From positions 108,243 to 172,242 of the forward strand of contig JAIQFY010000010.1 of the NCBI GenBank assembly GCA_020072965.1: a stretch of 64,000 nt of DNA. Reading direction: 5' to 3'. The position numbers were made by a program, and so were the translations under genes. Shown here piece by piece: positions 11,227 through 21,106 of the stretch; within the stretch, counting starts at the first letter, position 1, and each line of letters opens with the position of its first letter. The DNA comes from Terriglobia bacterium. Its GTDB lineage: Bacteria; Acidobacteriota; Terriglobia; JAIQFV01. The notes beneath the pieces are model-generated. The model did not search any database, was not told the origin of the DNA, and saw only the letters and a list, made by a program, of their open reading frames with translations.

Positions 11227-11862
11227 ATGGCTCCTTGTCCACAGGACTTTAGTCCAAAGGAATGGGCGATCATCCGTAAATGTCGCACTCCTCGGCAGGT
11301 CCAGGAGTTCCTGCGCAATCTTCCATACAACTGGGAAAAGGAAACCCTGCGAACCTTTCGACAGGTGGCTCGCCATGGATCGGCCCATTGTCTTGAAGCT
11401 GCCCTGGCTGCAGCCACGATCATGGAACAGCATGGTTATCCCCCCGTGTTGCTCGATCTGGAGTCCAAGGACAATCTGGATCACGTCCTTTTTTTGTACC
11501 GCCAACATGGACATTGGGGGACGGTAGCCAAGTCGCGCGATGCCGGGTTGCACGGCCGCAAGCCGGTATTCCGGTCGATCCGGGATTTGGTGATGAGTTA
11601 CGTCGAACCTTATGTCGATTTCACCGGGCGGATCACGGGATACGGGGTGACTGATTTGAATAAACTCGTCCCCCGCTGCAACTGGCGCCTTTCAGAACGG
11701 AACATCTGGGTGGTGGAACGCGCGCTCATACACATGCCCCACAAGAAAATCAAAACCTCCACTGCACGTTTCAGGCGCGCGTTGAAGCGCTACCTCAATT
11801 TCAAAAAACGATTTCCTCACCGCCAAGCAACCTATTATAGAAACCGGCATCAGTGGTTATGA
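11227..11862 (+). CDS. Transglutaminase-like/vasohibin-like putative cysteine protease
   Basis: AHCLEAALAA, DHVLFLY, WGTVAKSR and RKPVFRSIRDLV motifs match the order and spacing of the vasohibin catalytic motifs. Confidence 0.7.
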   Translation: MAPCPQDFSPKEWAIIRKCRTPRQVQEFLRNLPYNWEKETLRTFRQVARHGSAHCLEAALAAATIMEQHGYPPVLLDLESKDNLDHVLFLYRQHGHWGTVAKSRDAGLHGRKPVFRSIRDLVMSYVEPYVDFTGRITGYGVTDLNKLVPRCNWRLSERNIWVVERALIHMPHKKIKTSTARFRRALKRYLNFKKRFPHRQATYYRNRHQWL

Positions 11863-11963
11863 GACGGATAAACAAAGGTCTCCGAACCGTTGGTACCCCT
11901 TCAAGAGCCGGGAGCATGAAAACCTCGTGAGGAACACACCGTGATGGAGGACACGAGGACACC

Positions 11964-11991
11964 TTGACACCTGTGCCTTTTCATGTAGAAT
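11964..11991 (+). promoter_or_regulatory. Sigma70-type promoter for dksA
   Basis: TTGACA-16 nt-TAGAAT, 35 nt upstream of ATG 12027. Confidence 0.6.
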
Positions 11992-12026
11992 ATCACCCTA
12001 TTTTTGAGGGGGGGCGTGCATACTGA

Positions 12027-12383
12027 ATGGAAAAGAAGCGTCTCGAGTATTACAAGAAGAAACTTGAAACCAAGTATTCAGAGCTGACGCAAACCGTTTC
12101 GAAAGTGGAGCATTACGGACGAGAAGTGGATGAAGAGCCAAGTCAGGATATTGCCGACAAGGCTTCCAATTCCTATGAGAAGGAATTTCTGTTTAGTTTG
12201 ACAAACAATGATCGTTATGTCCTTCAGCTTGTCCAGGAGGCGCTGGCGCGAATCCGCGAAGGATCCTTCGGTCACTGCATTGTTTGCGAAGAGGAAGTAC
12301 AACAAAAACGGCTTGAGGCCGTCCCGTGGGCGCGTCACTGTATCGAATGTCAGGAAAAGCAGGAACAGGGACTCTTGAATTGA
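12027..12383 (+). CDS. dksA: DksA/TraR family transcriptional regulator (C4 zinc finger)
   Basis: DIADKA coiled-coil tip; CIVC...RLEAVPWARHCIEC. Confidence 0.88.
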   Translation: MEKKRLEYYKKKLETKYSELTQTVSKVEHYGREVDEEPSQDIADKASNSYEKEFLFSLTNNDRYVLQLVQEALARIREGSFGHCIVCEEEVQQKRLEAVPWARHCIECQEKQEQGLLN

Positions 12384-12497
12384 GCCCATTCGGACTCAGG
12401 GCTGACAATTCGTGTTTGCCGGTTCACTTCTATACTCTTCAGGAGGGTCGTCTTCGAACCGAGTAGTGATTGCACTCAAAACCTACCGCCGACCCCC

Positions 12498-13274
12498 CTG
12501 TGGAGGACCCTACTCCCCCCCGTCCTGGATTCACTCTTTTCGGTTTTACTCCCCGCCCACTGCGACCTCTGCCACGGACTGATTTCGCGAGCCTTTGACT
12601 CCACCGTCTGTGCTCGATGCTGGTCGAGCTTGCAACTGCTGAATGGTAATCTTTGCGACCTTTGTGGCAACCCCATCATCGCGACACTCGTCCCTCCCGG
12701 ATGGCGGTGCGGCCGATGCCGCCGCGGTCTCCATGAATTTGATTACTGTCGATCCTACGCGTTGTACGAGGACACGGTGCGGGAGGTGTTGCATCGATTC
12801 AAGTACGGCAGGCGGGCAAGATTGGGGGTTCGTCTGGCGCGATTGCTCTCACAAGCCTGGGCGCTCTATCCCCGTTTTCAGGAGGCCGAAGTGATTCTCC
12901 CGATGCCCCTTCACCGGCGACGAGAAAAAGAGCGGGGTTTCAATCAGTCCGGAATTCTGGCAAAATACCTGTCGGGGATGATTGGTCGGCCAATGGAATC
13001 AAGGGCCGTAGTCCGGATTCGAAACACCCCCTCGCAAACGGGCTTAAGCCCCCGACAGCGCCGACTGAACGTGTCGCAATGCTTTGAGGTCAGAAAACCC
13101 GCAGCTGTTCGGGGAAAGGCATGCCTGGTCATTGATGACGTTTTTACGACAGGGGCGACGTTAAATGCAATGGCCCGGGTTTTGAAAGAAGAAGGGGCCA
13201 CCAAAGTTTTGGCCCTGACGCTGGCTCGCGTTTCCCCACGCGCGGCGATCGGGGCGGCAAAGAAAGCGGCCTGA
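12498..13274 (+). CDS. comF: ComF family protein (double zinc ribbon plus PRTase); start uncertain
   Basis: The frame stays open upstream of TTG 12630 and encodes [16 protein letters not shown]...VCARC. Then [27 protein letters not shown]. Confidence 0.85.
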   Translation: MWRTLLPPVLDSLFSVLLPAHCDLCHGLISRAFDSTVCARCWSSLQLLNGNLCDLCGNPIIATLVPPGWRCGRCRRGLHEFDYCRSYALYEDTVREVLHRFKYGRRARLGVRLARLLSQAWALYPRFQEAEVILPMPLHRRREKERGFNQSGILAKYLSGMIGRPMESRAVVRIRNTPSQTGLSPRQRRLNVSQCFEVRKPAAVRGKACLVIDDVFTTGATLNAMARVLKEEGATKVLALTLARVSPRAAIGAAKKAA

Positions 13275-13362
13275 CAAGCGATTTATGATTAGCGCAAAGT
13301 CTCATGACCGGACCCATGGGGAGATTCCCAGACCCCGGAGCGAGCCAAGCCGTTCAACCTTT

Positions 13363-13872
13363 ATGCACACTCCCGTTCTGGTCTTGAATGCCACTTACGA
13401 ACCCATCAATATCTGCGCCGCCCGGCGTGCACTCGTCCTGGTCTTAAAGGGTGTGGCCCGCGCCGAAGAGGAACACCCGCGGTTCATTAAATCCCCAACC
13501 TTCAGTATCCGCGTTCCTTCTGTAATCCGGTTGTTGGAGTTTCGTCACATCCCCCGACAATCGCGGGCCTTGTCAAGAAAGAACATTCTGTTGCGCGACC
13601 GGAATACCTGCCAGTACTGTGGGGGGGTATTTCCACCCAATGAACTCACTCTCGACCATGTGATCCCGCGCTCGCGAGGCGGCGCTTCATCCTGGGAAAA
13701 CCTGGTCGCCTGCTGCAAGGGTTGCAATCATAAGAAAGGGAACTCAACCCCCGCGGAATCAGGCCTCCATTTGTTTCGAGAACCCCGCTCCTTTAATCTC
13801 CACACAAGCCGCCAGTTGATGCGTATGATTGGTCCCTCCGATGAACATTGGAGAAAATACCTGTTCTATTGA
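13363..13872 (+). CDS. HNH endonuclease (McrA-like, widespread family)
   Basis: [20 protein letters not shown]...[12 protein letters not shown]...[16 protein letters not shown]. Confidence 0.92.
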   Translation: MHTPVLVLNATYEPINICAARRALVLVLKGVARAEEEHPRFIKSPTFSIRVPSVIRLLEFRHIPRQSRALSRKNILLRDRNTCQYCGGVFPPNELTLDHVIPRSRGGASSWENLVACCKGCNHKKGNSTPAESGLHLFREPRSFNLHTSRQLMRMIGPSDEHWRKYLFY

Positions 13873-14096
13873 CCCGGTAGGTCATGCGGGTCGCCACCGT
13901 TCATCGCAATCCGGTCCCCTATTCTAACGAGTACAAATTACCTGCGCGGATCCATGGGGGGCGTCGTGTAGCTTGGCCCTCATGCAAAGAAACCGGCGAT
14001 ACTCAATTCTCGCCGGCCCCTTAAAACGTCAAAATTCAATGGATTAATACAAACGTCGGAATTCGAGTTACATGGGGTAATTGTGGATTCTGCGTG

Positions 14097-14128
14097 GTAG
14101 AGGCGTCCCCCGAGGCGGACGCCCCTAC
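14097..14128. repeat. Isolated GTAG-type REP-like palindrome
   Basis: GTAGAGGCGTCC-CCCGAGGC-GGACGCCCCTAC between the convergent HNH and surA-like genes. Confidence 0.6.
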
Positions 14129-14177
14129 ATTGAATCACGCACGATTTTGTAAACTTTTCAATAACGTTGGGATTAGT

Positions 14178-15200
14178 TCACTTCGCAGGCGGTGGTGCGG
14201 ATGCTTTTGAAGCACTCTCAAGAATACGCTTCGAGAAGTAGTTTGTGATCTTCGCTTCATCCCGGGTATCTTCGATGAAGGCATCAGTGAGAAGGCGGTC
14301 CTTTTGCTCGAATAGATCATTCCGGACGGTGGTTTGAACCCGAGGATCTGACAAATCGTGTTGTCCTCCCTTTTCGATTTCAAACAGCTTGATGATCAGG
14401 TAACCCTGTTTTGACCTGATCAAATCGGAGGTCTCGCCAACCTTCAACGCCGTCATTGCAGCCTTGAATGCCGGATCGGTCTTGGCAAGGTCAGCATCTG
14501 ACACAAAAGTAATCTGTCCGCCCGGGGAATTGGGCGTGGAGTCGTCGGATCGCTGCTGAGCCACGGTGGTAAATTCTTCACCCGAACGGATGCGGTTGAG
14601 CACCGCCTGGGCAAACTCCTTCAACTTTGCTTCATCGGGGGCATTCGCAATGAGAATGTGGGCAAAGCGGTATCCTGGGGGAAAATTAAAGTTCGCCTTG
14701 TTTTTCTGATAGTAATCCGAGATTTGACCATCTGTAATCGAAATCTTGGCGGTTATTTCCTTGTTCTTCAGCTTGTCGATGGTGATTTTCTTCTGCAAAT
14801 CGTGCTTCAGTTCATCCAGCGTGTAGTCCTGATCTTTCAGTGATTTCTGAAACTCCTCTGCGGTACTCCGGCTCTTCAATTCGGTCAAGCGATTCTCAAC
14901 CTCGGTCTCCGTGGCGTTCAACCCCAACTTGGCCGCCCGCTCCAGAAGGATCTGGTCATTGATCATGCTTGTCAGGATGTTCAGCTTCAGGCTGTTGATC
15001 TGGTCCTCGGAGTATTGCACCGTTTGGCCTTTAATGCTCCGTAGATACACGCGATCTACTTCGTTCTCGCTGATCTCCTTCCCATTGACGGTGGCCAACA
15101 CTCCCCGGCCAGGGCTATTCTTTCGACTGCATGCGGGAATTAATATCATGAGGACTGCGACCAAGGCCGCCAGACCGAATTGCCACTTTAATCGATTCAC
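14178..15200 (-). CDS. SurA/PrsA-like peptidyl-prolyl isomerase lipoprotein
   Basis: Lipobox IPAC; VLATVNGKEI (SurA N-domain); parvulin HILI...F...AQQRSDD...GG, VGETSDLI; AAAGGAG SD before GTG 15200. Confidence 0.85.
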   Translation of the reverse strand: MNRLKWQFGLAALVAVLMILIPACSRKNSPGRGVLATVNGKEISENEVDRVYLRSIKGQTVQYSEDQINSLKLNILTSMINDQILLERAAKLGLNATETEVENRLTELKSRSTAEEFQKSLKDQDYTLDELKHDLQKKITIDKLKNKEITAKISITDGQISDYYQKNKANFNFPPGYRFAHILIANAPDEAKLKEFAQAVLNRIRSGEEFTTVAQQRSDDSTPNSPGGQITFVSDADLAKTDPAFKAAMTALKVGETSDLIRSKQGYLIIKLFEIEKGGQHDLSDPRVQTTVRNDLFEQKDRLLTDAFIEDTRDEAKITNYFSKRILESASKASAPPPAK

Positions 15201-15541
15201 ACGCTTCTCCTTTGGAATTGATTCACACCCCACAGCGGCGGGCCCTCTTAGTATAAAGGAACCTGCCGATGTTACCATGCAGCATTCCATCCATAAAACA
15301 ACTTTTTCGTCCGCAACGGCAAACCGATCCGCTGATCGTCAGCTCCCGCGAGTACTGGGAGCGGCCGCTGCAAGCGAGCTTCTGTGGAGAGATCCACCTT
15401 GTAAAGGAGGCCATACTCGGGGATGAACCCGGGCCGTTTCGATACAAGTTGGGCATTGCAGTCTGGGGCCGAATGAGGATTCTGGCACTTTATCGCGGTC
15501 GGCCCCTATCCGGGTTTCCCTTCAGGAATTCAAATTACCGA

Positions 15542-15570
15542 TTGTCAAGGTTCCTGCTTCTCGCTATAAT
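15542..15570 (+). promoter_or_regulatory. Sigma70 promoter for rpmB
   Basis: TTGTCA-17 nt-TATAAT. Confidence 0.7.
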
Positions 15571-15605
15571 GGCGGGCTTTCGAAGGTTCCCCGGAGGATA
15601 GTTGT

Positions 15606-15797
15606 ATGGCCAGAGTTTGCGACATTTGCGGCAAGAAACCCGTGTCCGGGCATCGAATCAGTCATGCCCACAATCTGACGAATCGACGGTGGCTGCCGAA
15701 TCTGCATCGGGTCCACGCGGTAGTAAAAGGGACCCGCACGACAATTCGGGCCTGCACCCGGTGTATCAGGTCCAACCGGGTCGTAAAGGCAGCCTGA
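15606..15797 (+). CDS. rpmB: 50S ribosomal protein L28
   Basis: [33 protein letters not shown]...CTRCIR. Confidence 0.97.
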   Translation: MARVCDICGKKPVSGHRISHAHNLTNRRWLPNLHRVHAVVKGTRTTIRACTRCIRSNRVVKAA

Positions 15798-15978
15798 GCG
15801 TCATCTCAACCACTCGGGAGAGCCTCAAACGACCAGGATTCAGTAATTTGAGAGTCCGATGAAGTCCCAACCACGAGGCAAGCCGACCAGGGTTCATTCG
15901 CTTTTCAAGACTTCATTCTACCCTGCTGAGCACCCCCCAAAGTCTTCAAACTCACCAATGGACAGGCGCACCGCCTCG

Positions 15979-16356
15979 TCAGGCCAGCGCAATGACATCA
16001 ATCTCCACGCGGGCATCCTTGGGAAGGCGGGCCACTCCAACTGTTGAGCGGGCCGGTCGATTCTCCCGGAAAAACCTCCCGTAGACTTCATTCATCCTGG
16101 GAAACTCACTGATATCGACCAGGAAAACAGTCGTCTTGATGACCTTATCCAGGCCGCTTCCCGCCGCCACGAGGACCCCTTCGAGGTTTCGTAGCACCCG
16201 CTCAGTCTGCATCGAGATATCCCCCTCGACCATCTGCTGTGTCTGGGGGTCCAATGGAATTTGTCCAGAGGCGAAAACCATCCCGTTCACTTTAATGGCT
16301 TGAGAATAGGGGCCAATGGCCTGGGGAGCGTCCGTTGTTTGGATGACTTCTTTCAT
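15979..16356 (-). CDS. ridA: RidA family reactive intermediate/imine deaminase
   Basis: APQAIGPYSQA, SGQIPLDP, PARSTVGVARLP, VEID. Confidence 0.95.
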   Translation of the reverse strand: MKEVIQTTDAPQAIGPYSQAIKVNGMVFASGQIPLDPQTQQMVEGDISMQTERVLRNLEGVLVAAGSGLDKVIKTTVFLVDISEFPRMNEVYGRFFRENRPARSTVGVARLPKDARVEIDVIALA

Positions 16357-16418
16357 GCCCTGTTACTCCTTTGAAGGATGATGGAATCCCCGGGAGGAAA
16401 CCGCCTCAGGCAGCGGAA

Positions 16419-18611
16419 TCATCCGGAGGGCCGTTCGGAGATGGCAGAACTGGGTCTTAGGATCCGTTCTACCTCAAAGACATTGTCAATCTTTTTTAGC
16501 GATCCGATCAATTTCTCGAGATGGCGTTTGTCGCTGATGTCCAGAGTCACATCGATGGTCGCGTTTTGATCCGGATAGGTCCTGGCCTCGATGTTTCGGA
16601 TATTGGATCTCGTATCAGAGATGACCGAAGTCACTTCAGCCAGCAAGCCCTGACGGTCTTCTCCGTGAATGGCCAGCCGGACGGTGTACGCCTCCTCGGC
16701 CGTCCCCCGCCACTCCACATCGATCTTTCGCTCAACATCGTAAATCAGGTTCTGAACGTTCGGACAATTCTTGGCATGGACCGCGATCCCCTTCCCCCGC
16801 GTGATATATCCGACGATTTCTTCGCCGCGGATCGGATTGCAGCATCTCGCGCGATAGACCAGCAGGCCGTCCACCCCTTTCACCTCGATCGAATCGGAAC
16901 TGGAGATCCCGAATACTTTTTTGACCACCGAGGTAAGCTTGGAATCTTTGACCGCGGTCACTTCGTCAAAGACCTTGTCCGGGATCAGTTTCGCCAGCAG
17001 GTGCCGCGCCGAGATTTTGCCGATCCCCATGCCCGCATAAAGATCATCAACCGAATGGCATCCATATTCCGCGGCGACGGGGCCGATGTCGATTTCATCA
17101 ATCGTTTTCTTCAGGTTCACGCTGAAATTGCGGGCCTCTTTTTCGAGCAACCGCTTGCCGACGTCAATGGCCCGCTCTCGTTGCTGCACGTTCAGCCAGT
17201 GACGGATTTTGTTACGGGCTTTGGACGTTTTGACCCAGGAAAGCCAGTCCCGGCTCGGCATATGCCCCGACTGAGTGAGGATTTCCACGATGTCCCCGTT
17301 GCGCAGCTTATACCGCAATGGAACGATCCGCCCATTGACCTTCGACTGGACGCACTGGTTTCCCACGTCGGTGTGGATCGCATATGCAAAGTCGACGGGT
17401 GTCGCCTCGCGCGGGAGAATGACGACTTTCCCTTTGGGGGTAAAGGTGTACACCTCCTCCGGATAGAGGTCGATCTTGAGGGTGGAGAGGAACTCGCCGG
17501 GGTCCCGCATATCCTGCTGCCACTCCACCAGTTGACGCAGCCAGTTGATGCGCGAATCCTCGTCTTGATCCACCGTGCGCCCCTCTTTGTATTTCCAGTG
17601 CGCCGCAATCCCCATCTCCGCGATGCGATGCATCTCCTGCGTCCGAATCTGGACCTCGAACGCCTGTCCGGTCGAACTGATAACTGAGGTGTGCAACGAC
17701 TGATACAGGTTGGGCCGGGGCATGGCAATATAATCCTTGATCCGTCCCGGCACCGGACGCCAGGCGTTGTGAATGATGCCGAGTGCGCCGTAACAATTGC
17801 GAATAGAGTCGGTGATGATCCGGACAGCCAGCAGATCGTAAACCTGATCCAGGGTAATGCGTTGCCGCTTCATCTTTTGATAGATGCTGAAGATACGTTT
17901 TATGCGGCCCTGCAGTTGGACCGGAATTTCACTCTCCTTCATTTTCTCCGTCACCATCGACTGAACTTCCGACAGGAACGCCTCGTTCACCTTCCGTTTC
18001 TTTTCCACCTGGTCCTTCAGGTCCCCATAGATGCTGGGCTCGAGGAAGCTGAATGACAGGTCCTCCAACTCGCCGCGCATCTTCCCCATGCCCAGGCGAT
18101 GAGCAATAGGGCCGTAGATTTCCATTGTTTCTCGGGCGATGCGCTCCTGCTTATCCGGGGGAAGATGCTGCAAGGTCCGCATATTGTGCAAACGGTCGGC
18201 GAGTTTTACCAGGATGACGCGGATGTCGTCGACGATTGCGAGCATCATCTTGCGAAAGTTCTCGGCTTGCCGTTCTTCCGCCGAGGTGAACTGGATCTTG
18301 CTCATCTTCGTGACCCCATCCACGATGTGAGCCACCTCAGGACCAAATTTCTCCTCGACGGCTTTAAGCGGTGTCCCGGTATCCTCGACGATGTCGTGAA
18401 GGAGTCCGACACATACGCTCTTCGGGTCCAGTTTCATCTCTGCAAGGATGGCTGCCACCGCCAGGGGGTGGGAGAGATAGGGGTCCCCTGACGACCGCTT
18501 CTGGCCTCGGTGCTGCGCGGCAGCAAACTCGTAGGCCTTCTGAAGCAGGGAGAGGTCGTCGTCGGGACGATACTCCCGGACCTTGACCAGAATGTCGTCG
18601 AAAGAGGTCAT
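16419..18611 (-). CDS. rel: Bifunctional (p)ppGpp synthetase/hydrolase (Rel/SpoT)
   Basis: Intact hydrolase HDIVED; KLADRLHNMRTL; YQSLHT; EVQIRT; TGS, zinc-finger and ACT domains. Confidence 0.96.
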   Translation of the reverse strand: MTSFDDILVKVREYRPDDDLSLLQKAYEFAAAQHRGQKRSSGDPYLSHPLAVAAILAEMKLDPKSVCVGLLHDIVEDTGTPLKAVEEKFGPEVAHIVDGVTKMSKIQFTSAEERQAENFRKMMLAIVDDIRVILVKLADRLHNMRTLQHLPPDKQERIARETMEIYGPIAHRLGMGKMRGELEDLSFSFLEPSIYGDLKDQVEKKRKVNEAFLSEVQSMVTEKMKESEIPVQLQGRIKRIFSIYQKMKRQRITLDQVYDLLAVRIITDSIRNCYGALGIIHNAWRPVPGRIKDYIAMPRPNLYQSLHTSVISSTGQAFEVQIRTQEMHRIAEMGIAAHWKYKEGRTVDQDEDSRINWLRQLVEWQQDMRDPGEFLSTLKIDLYPEEVYTFTPKGKVVILPREATPVDFAYAIHTDVGNQCVQSKVNGRIVPLRYKLRNGDIVEILTQSGHMPSRDWLSWVKTSKARNKIRHWLNVQQRERAIDVGKRLLEKEARNFSVNLKKTIDEIDIGPVAAEYGCHSVDDLYAGMGIGKISARHLLAKLIPDKVFDEVTAVKDSKLTSVVKKVFGISSSDSIEVKGVDGLLVYRARCCNPIRGEEIVGYITRGKGIAVHAKNCPNVQNLIYDVERKIDVEWRGTAEEAYTVRLAIHGEDRQGLLAEVTSVISDTRSNIRNIEARTYPDQNATIDVTLDISDKRHLEKLIGSLKKIDNVFEVERILRPSSAISERPSG

Positions 18612-18638
18612 CTGTGAATTATACGCAGTTTATCGAGG

Positions 18639-18721
18639 AAATTCCAAAAACCAAATGCCTGAAGCAAAGTCCAGACATCAAAATCCAAATTCCAAACAAA
18701 CTCCAGAACCCAAAAACCAAA
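18639..18721. repeat. Degenerate 7-nt repeat tract (AAATTCC/AAAAACC type)
   Basis: aaattcc aaaaacc aaatgcc ... aaaatcc aaattcc ... agaaccc aaaaacc upstream of rel. Confidence 0.6.
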
Positions 18722-18892
18722 GACGAACCCGCCGAAGAATCCGCCGGACAACAACTTCGGCTCAATTCCCTCAATTGCACTCCCATGGCTCGACTGCGAA
18801 CGCCTCTTGCGGAGTGAGTCTGGTTTTCTGAAATCATTCGGGATTTGCTTCTTGCCTGGAATTCGGACGGTCCATTTGAGAATTAAACGCAT

Positions 18893-18934
18893 AAAAAAAG
18901 CCCTGCTCCGCAGCTCTCGCTGAGGACCAGGGCT
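18893..18934 (-). terminator. Intrinsic terminator of the tonB-exbBDD-TPR operon
   Basis: Minus strand AGCCCTG...CAGC-GAGA-GCTG...CAGGGCT followed by a T tract. Confidence 0.8.
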
Positions 18935-18957
18935 CTCTTCAATGCCGGGGTGTCCGA

Positions 18958-19764
18958 TTACTGTGTTGCTTGTCCGGGTGCCGGCGGCAGCTGTTCTTTC
19001 TTGAACTTGATATCTTTAGCCTTCTGGAACCACTTGTCGGCCTCATTCAAGTCCGCTTCGCGTGCGGCCGCATCCGATTCCATGTCCGCTTTCTGCCGGT
19101 AGAGCAGGTTCAGATAGGCCATCGCGTCATCGTAGTCCGGATTGATTTCCACGGCCTTTTTCAGTGCGGCGAGCCCATCATCCACGGACGCACTATATTG
19201 CTCCCTGAAGGGATCGCGTTCCTTCGGGGGCAAGGGGTCTTTCGCGGGCAGGTTATTCAGCCTATTGACGCGGGCTTCCATGTTTGCCTTATAAGACAAG
19301 GTCCAGTCGACTACCCCGATTGAGTAGTAAGGTTCGGCATTGCCGGGCTCGATTTCAGTCCGCTTCTTGTACCATTTCTTGGCTTCGTCAAACTTTCCCA
19401 TATTGAAATAAATCGAAGCGATTCCGGCGATGCTGCTGTTATTCTGGGGGTCAGCGTTGAGCACTTCCTGAAAGGCTCTAATGGCCTCTTCGCCCGTCCG
19501 TTTATTCTCTTCCGACTCCACCCCGGGTACATACTGCGTGGCATAGGCCGTGGCAAGATAGAGTTTCGCGTTGGTCAACGCCGGGTCCAGAGCGACCGCC
19601 TCTTTGAAATAATCGACCGCCGCCTGGTATTTCTGATCCCGATAAGCCCGAACCCCCTTGTTCAGTCGATCGCGGGCCTTGAGCCGACTGCACGCCATGG
19701 ACCCGAACATAAGGACAATAATACCCACTAAGATTGCAGTTTTCTTCCAATTCCGAGAATTCAT
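18958..19764 (-). CDS. TPR-repeat lipoprotein
   Basis: Lipobox SMAC; several TPR units (AVDYFKEAVALDP, LKKAVEINPDY); GGAGG SD before ATG 19764. Confidence 0.85.
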   Translation of the reverse strand: MNSRNWKKTAILVGIIVLMFGSMACSRLKARDRLNKGVRAYRDQKYQAAVDYFKEAVALDPALTNAKLYLATAYATQYVPGVESEENKRTGEEAIRAFQEVLNADPQNNSSIAGIASIYFNMGKFDEAKKWYKKRTEIEPGNAEPYYSIGVVDWTLSYKANMEARVNRLNNLPAKDPLPPKERDPFREQYSASVDDGLAALKKAVEINPDYDDAMAYLNLLYRQKADMESDAAAREADLNEADKWFQKAKDIKFKKEQLPPAPGQATQ

Positions 19765-19891
19765 CCGACTGCCTCCGGTGTATGAACGTTTAAGCTTCAA
19801 AGAGGGCGCCATGGGCATTGGTTTTGCCTCTCTGAACAGGAAGGTACAGGAGATTGGGAAGCACAAAAAAATGCCCCCTCGTCCCTCTCAA

Positions 19892-20323
19892 CTACTGCCC
19901 CATCTGGATCTTCTCAGTGATCAGTCCAATCTTGTCGACGCCAGCTCCCTTGGCGATATCAATAATGCGGATGATTTTGTCGAACAAGGTTGAGTCGTCG
20001 CCCTTGACAAACATGACGCGCTCACTGCGGGTCTTGAAAATATCATCCAGCCGGGGACCCAGCGTATCCCACGTGGTGGGTTCCTGATTGATTTTCAGCA
20101 GGCCCTCCTTGTCGATGACCACCACGATCGTCCGTTTATCATCCGGTGGCGTCGCCTGCGCCTTTGGATCCTTCGGCGGTTGGGGAACCAACGCGTCTAA
20201 CCCTTTCGAGATGATCGGTGTGATCACGAGAAAGATGATGATCAGGACCAGCAGAATGTCGATCATCGGCGTCATGTTGATGTCCGACTTCGGGCCGTGG
20301 CCCGTTCCAACTCCCATTGCCAT
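19892..20323 (-). CDS. exbD: ExbD/TolR family protein
   Basis: DINMTPMIDILLVLIIIF. Confidence 0.92.
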   Translation of the reverse strand: MAMGVGTGHGPKSDINMTPMIDILLVLIIIFLVITPIISKGLDALVPQPPKDPKAQATPPDDKRTIVVVIDKEGLLKINQEPTTWDTLGPRLDDIFKTRSERVMFVKGDDSTLFDKIIRIIDIAKGAGVDKIGLITEKIQMGQ

Positions 20324-20584
20324 GGCGTTTCCTCCAGCAAAGATTAGGTTCGGGTGGGCATCAACATCAGTGCGTCTACTTGAATTGACCCCACTGACTG
20401 CCGGAGGTGTCCTTTAAACTCTCCGACATGACCACCCAATCAGCTCTGTCTCTTGGCGGGCGCTTAATTCACTCTTGAGCGCTCACCTCATTTAACTCGA
20501 CGGTCTCAAAGCTGTCCCTGGTTCAATAGGATAACTCGAAAGAGGAACAGCGCCGTAACCGCAAAAAAACGGCCGTCCTGCCCG

Positions 20585-21046
20585 TCACTGACCACCGGCA
20601 GGTGGTTTACCCTTTTTCTCTTCTTCCTTCTCCGTTATCAATCCCAGCGAATCGACACCCGCAGCACGCACTTCATCGACAACCGCAGCCACATCTCCAT
20701 ACTTCGCACGGCGGTCGCTCTTCACATAAACGGTCTTGTCCCCCGCTTTTCGCTCGAGCAGGTCTTTGACCTTCTGAGTGATGGCATCCTTCTTGACCTC
20801 ATCCGAGCCCAGGAAGTATCGCCCATCGCGCTGGACCGCGATGAGAATGGCATCGTCCTTGTCACCTTCCTTCATTTCGCGTGGATTCTTGGCCTTGGAT
20901 AAATCGACCGACACGCCGTGTTGCAACATGGGCGTCACCACCATGAAGATGATCAGCAACACGAGCATGATGTCAACCATCGGGGTGACGTTGATGTCGC
21001 TCTTGACCGAGCTCTCCCTTGTATCTGCACCGCCCAGGAAAGGCAT
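20585..21046 (-). CDS. exbD: ExbD/TolR family protein
   Basis: DINVTPMVDIMLVLLIIFMV; AGGAGG SD before ATG 21046. Confidence 0.92.
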   Translation of the reverse strand: MPFLGGADTRESSVKSDINVTPMVDIMLVLLIIFMVVTPMLQHGVSVDLSKAKNPREMKEGDKDDAILIAVQRDGRYFLGSDEVKKDAITQKVKDLLERKAGDKTVYVKSDRRAKYGDVAAVVDEVRAAGVDSLGLITEKEEEKKGKPPAGGQ

Positions 21047-21106
21047 AGTTAACCTCCTCAAAAAGATGTCAATTCAAAGCCTGTGTTGCACCATCTTCCG
21101 AGAGGC

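Noticed and set aside
12381..12405. Sec readthrough fusing DksA to ComF
   Set aside because: A hairpin follows the UGA and the frame stays open, but the UGA is at the normal DksA C-terminus, not at a Cys position, and the linker looks non-coding.
13363..13872. HNH gene as a homing endonuclease or defence system
   Set aside because: It belongs to a widespread stand-alone family; no intron, methylase or other defence genes nearby.
16521..17687. Long antisense ORFs (also 1598-2611, 2837-3601, 21878-22750, 47073-47891)
   Set aside because: Shadow frames opposite well-supported genes, with no recognisable motifs.
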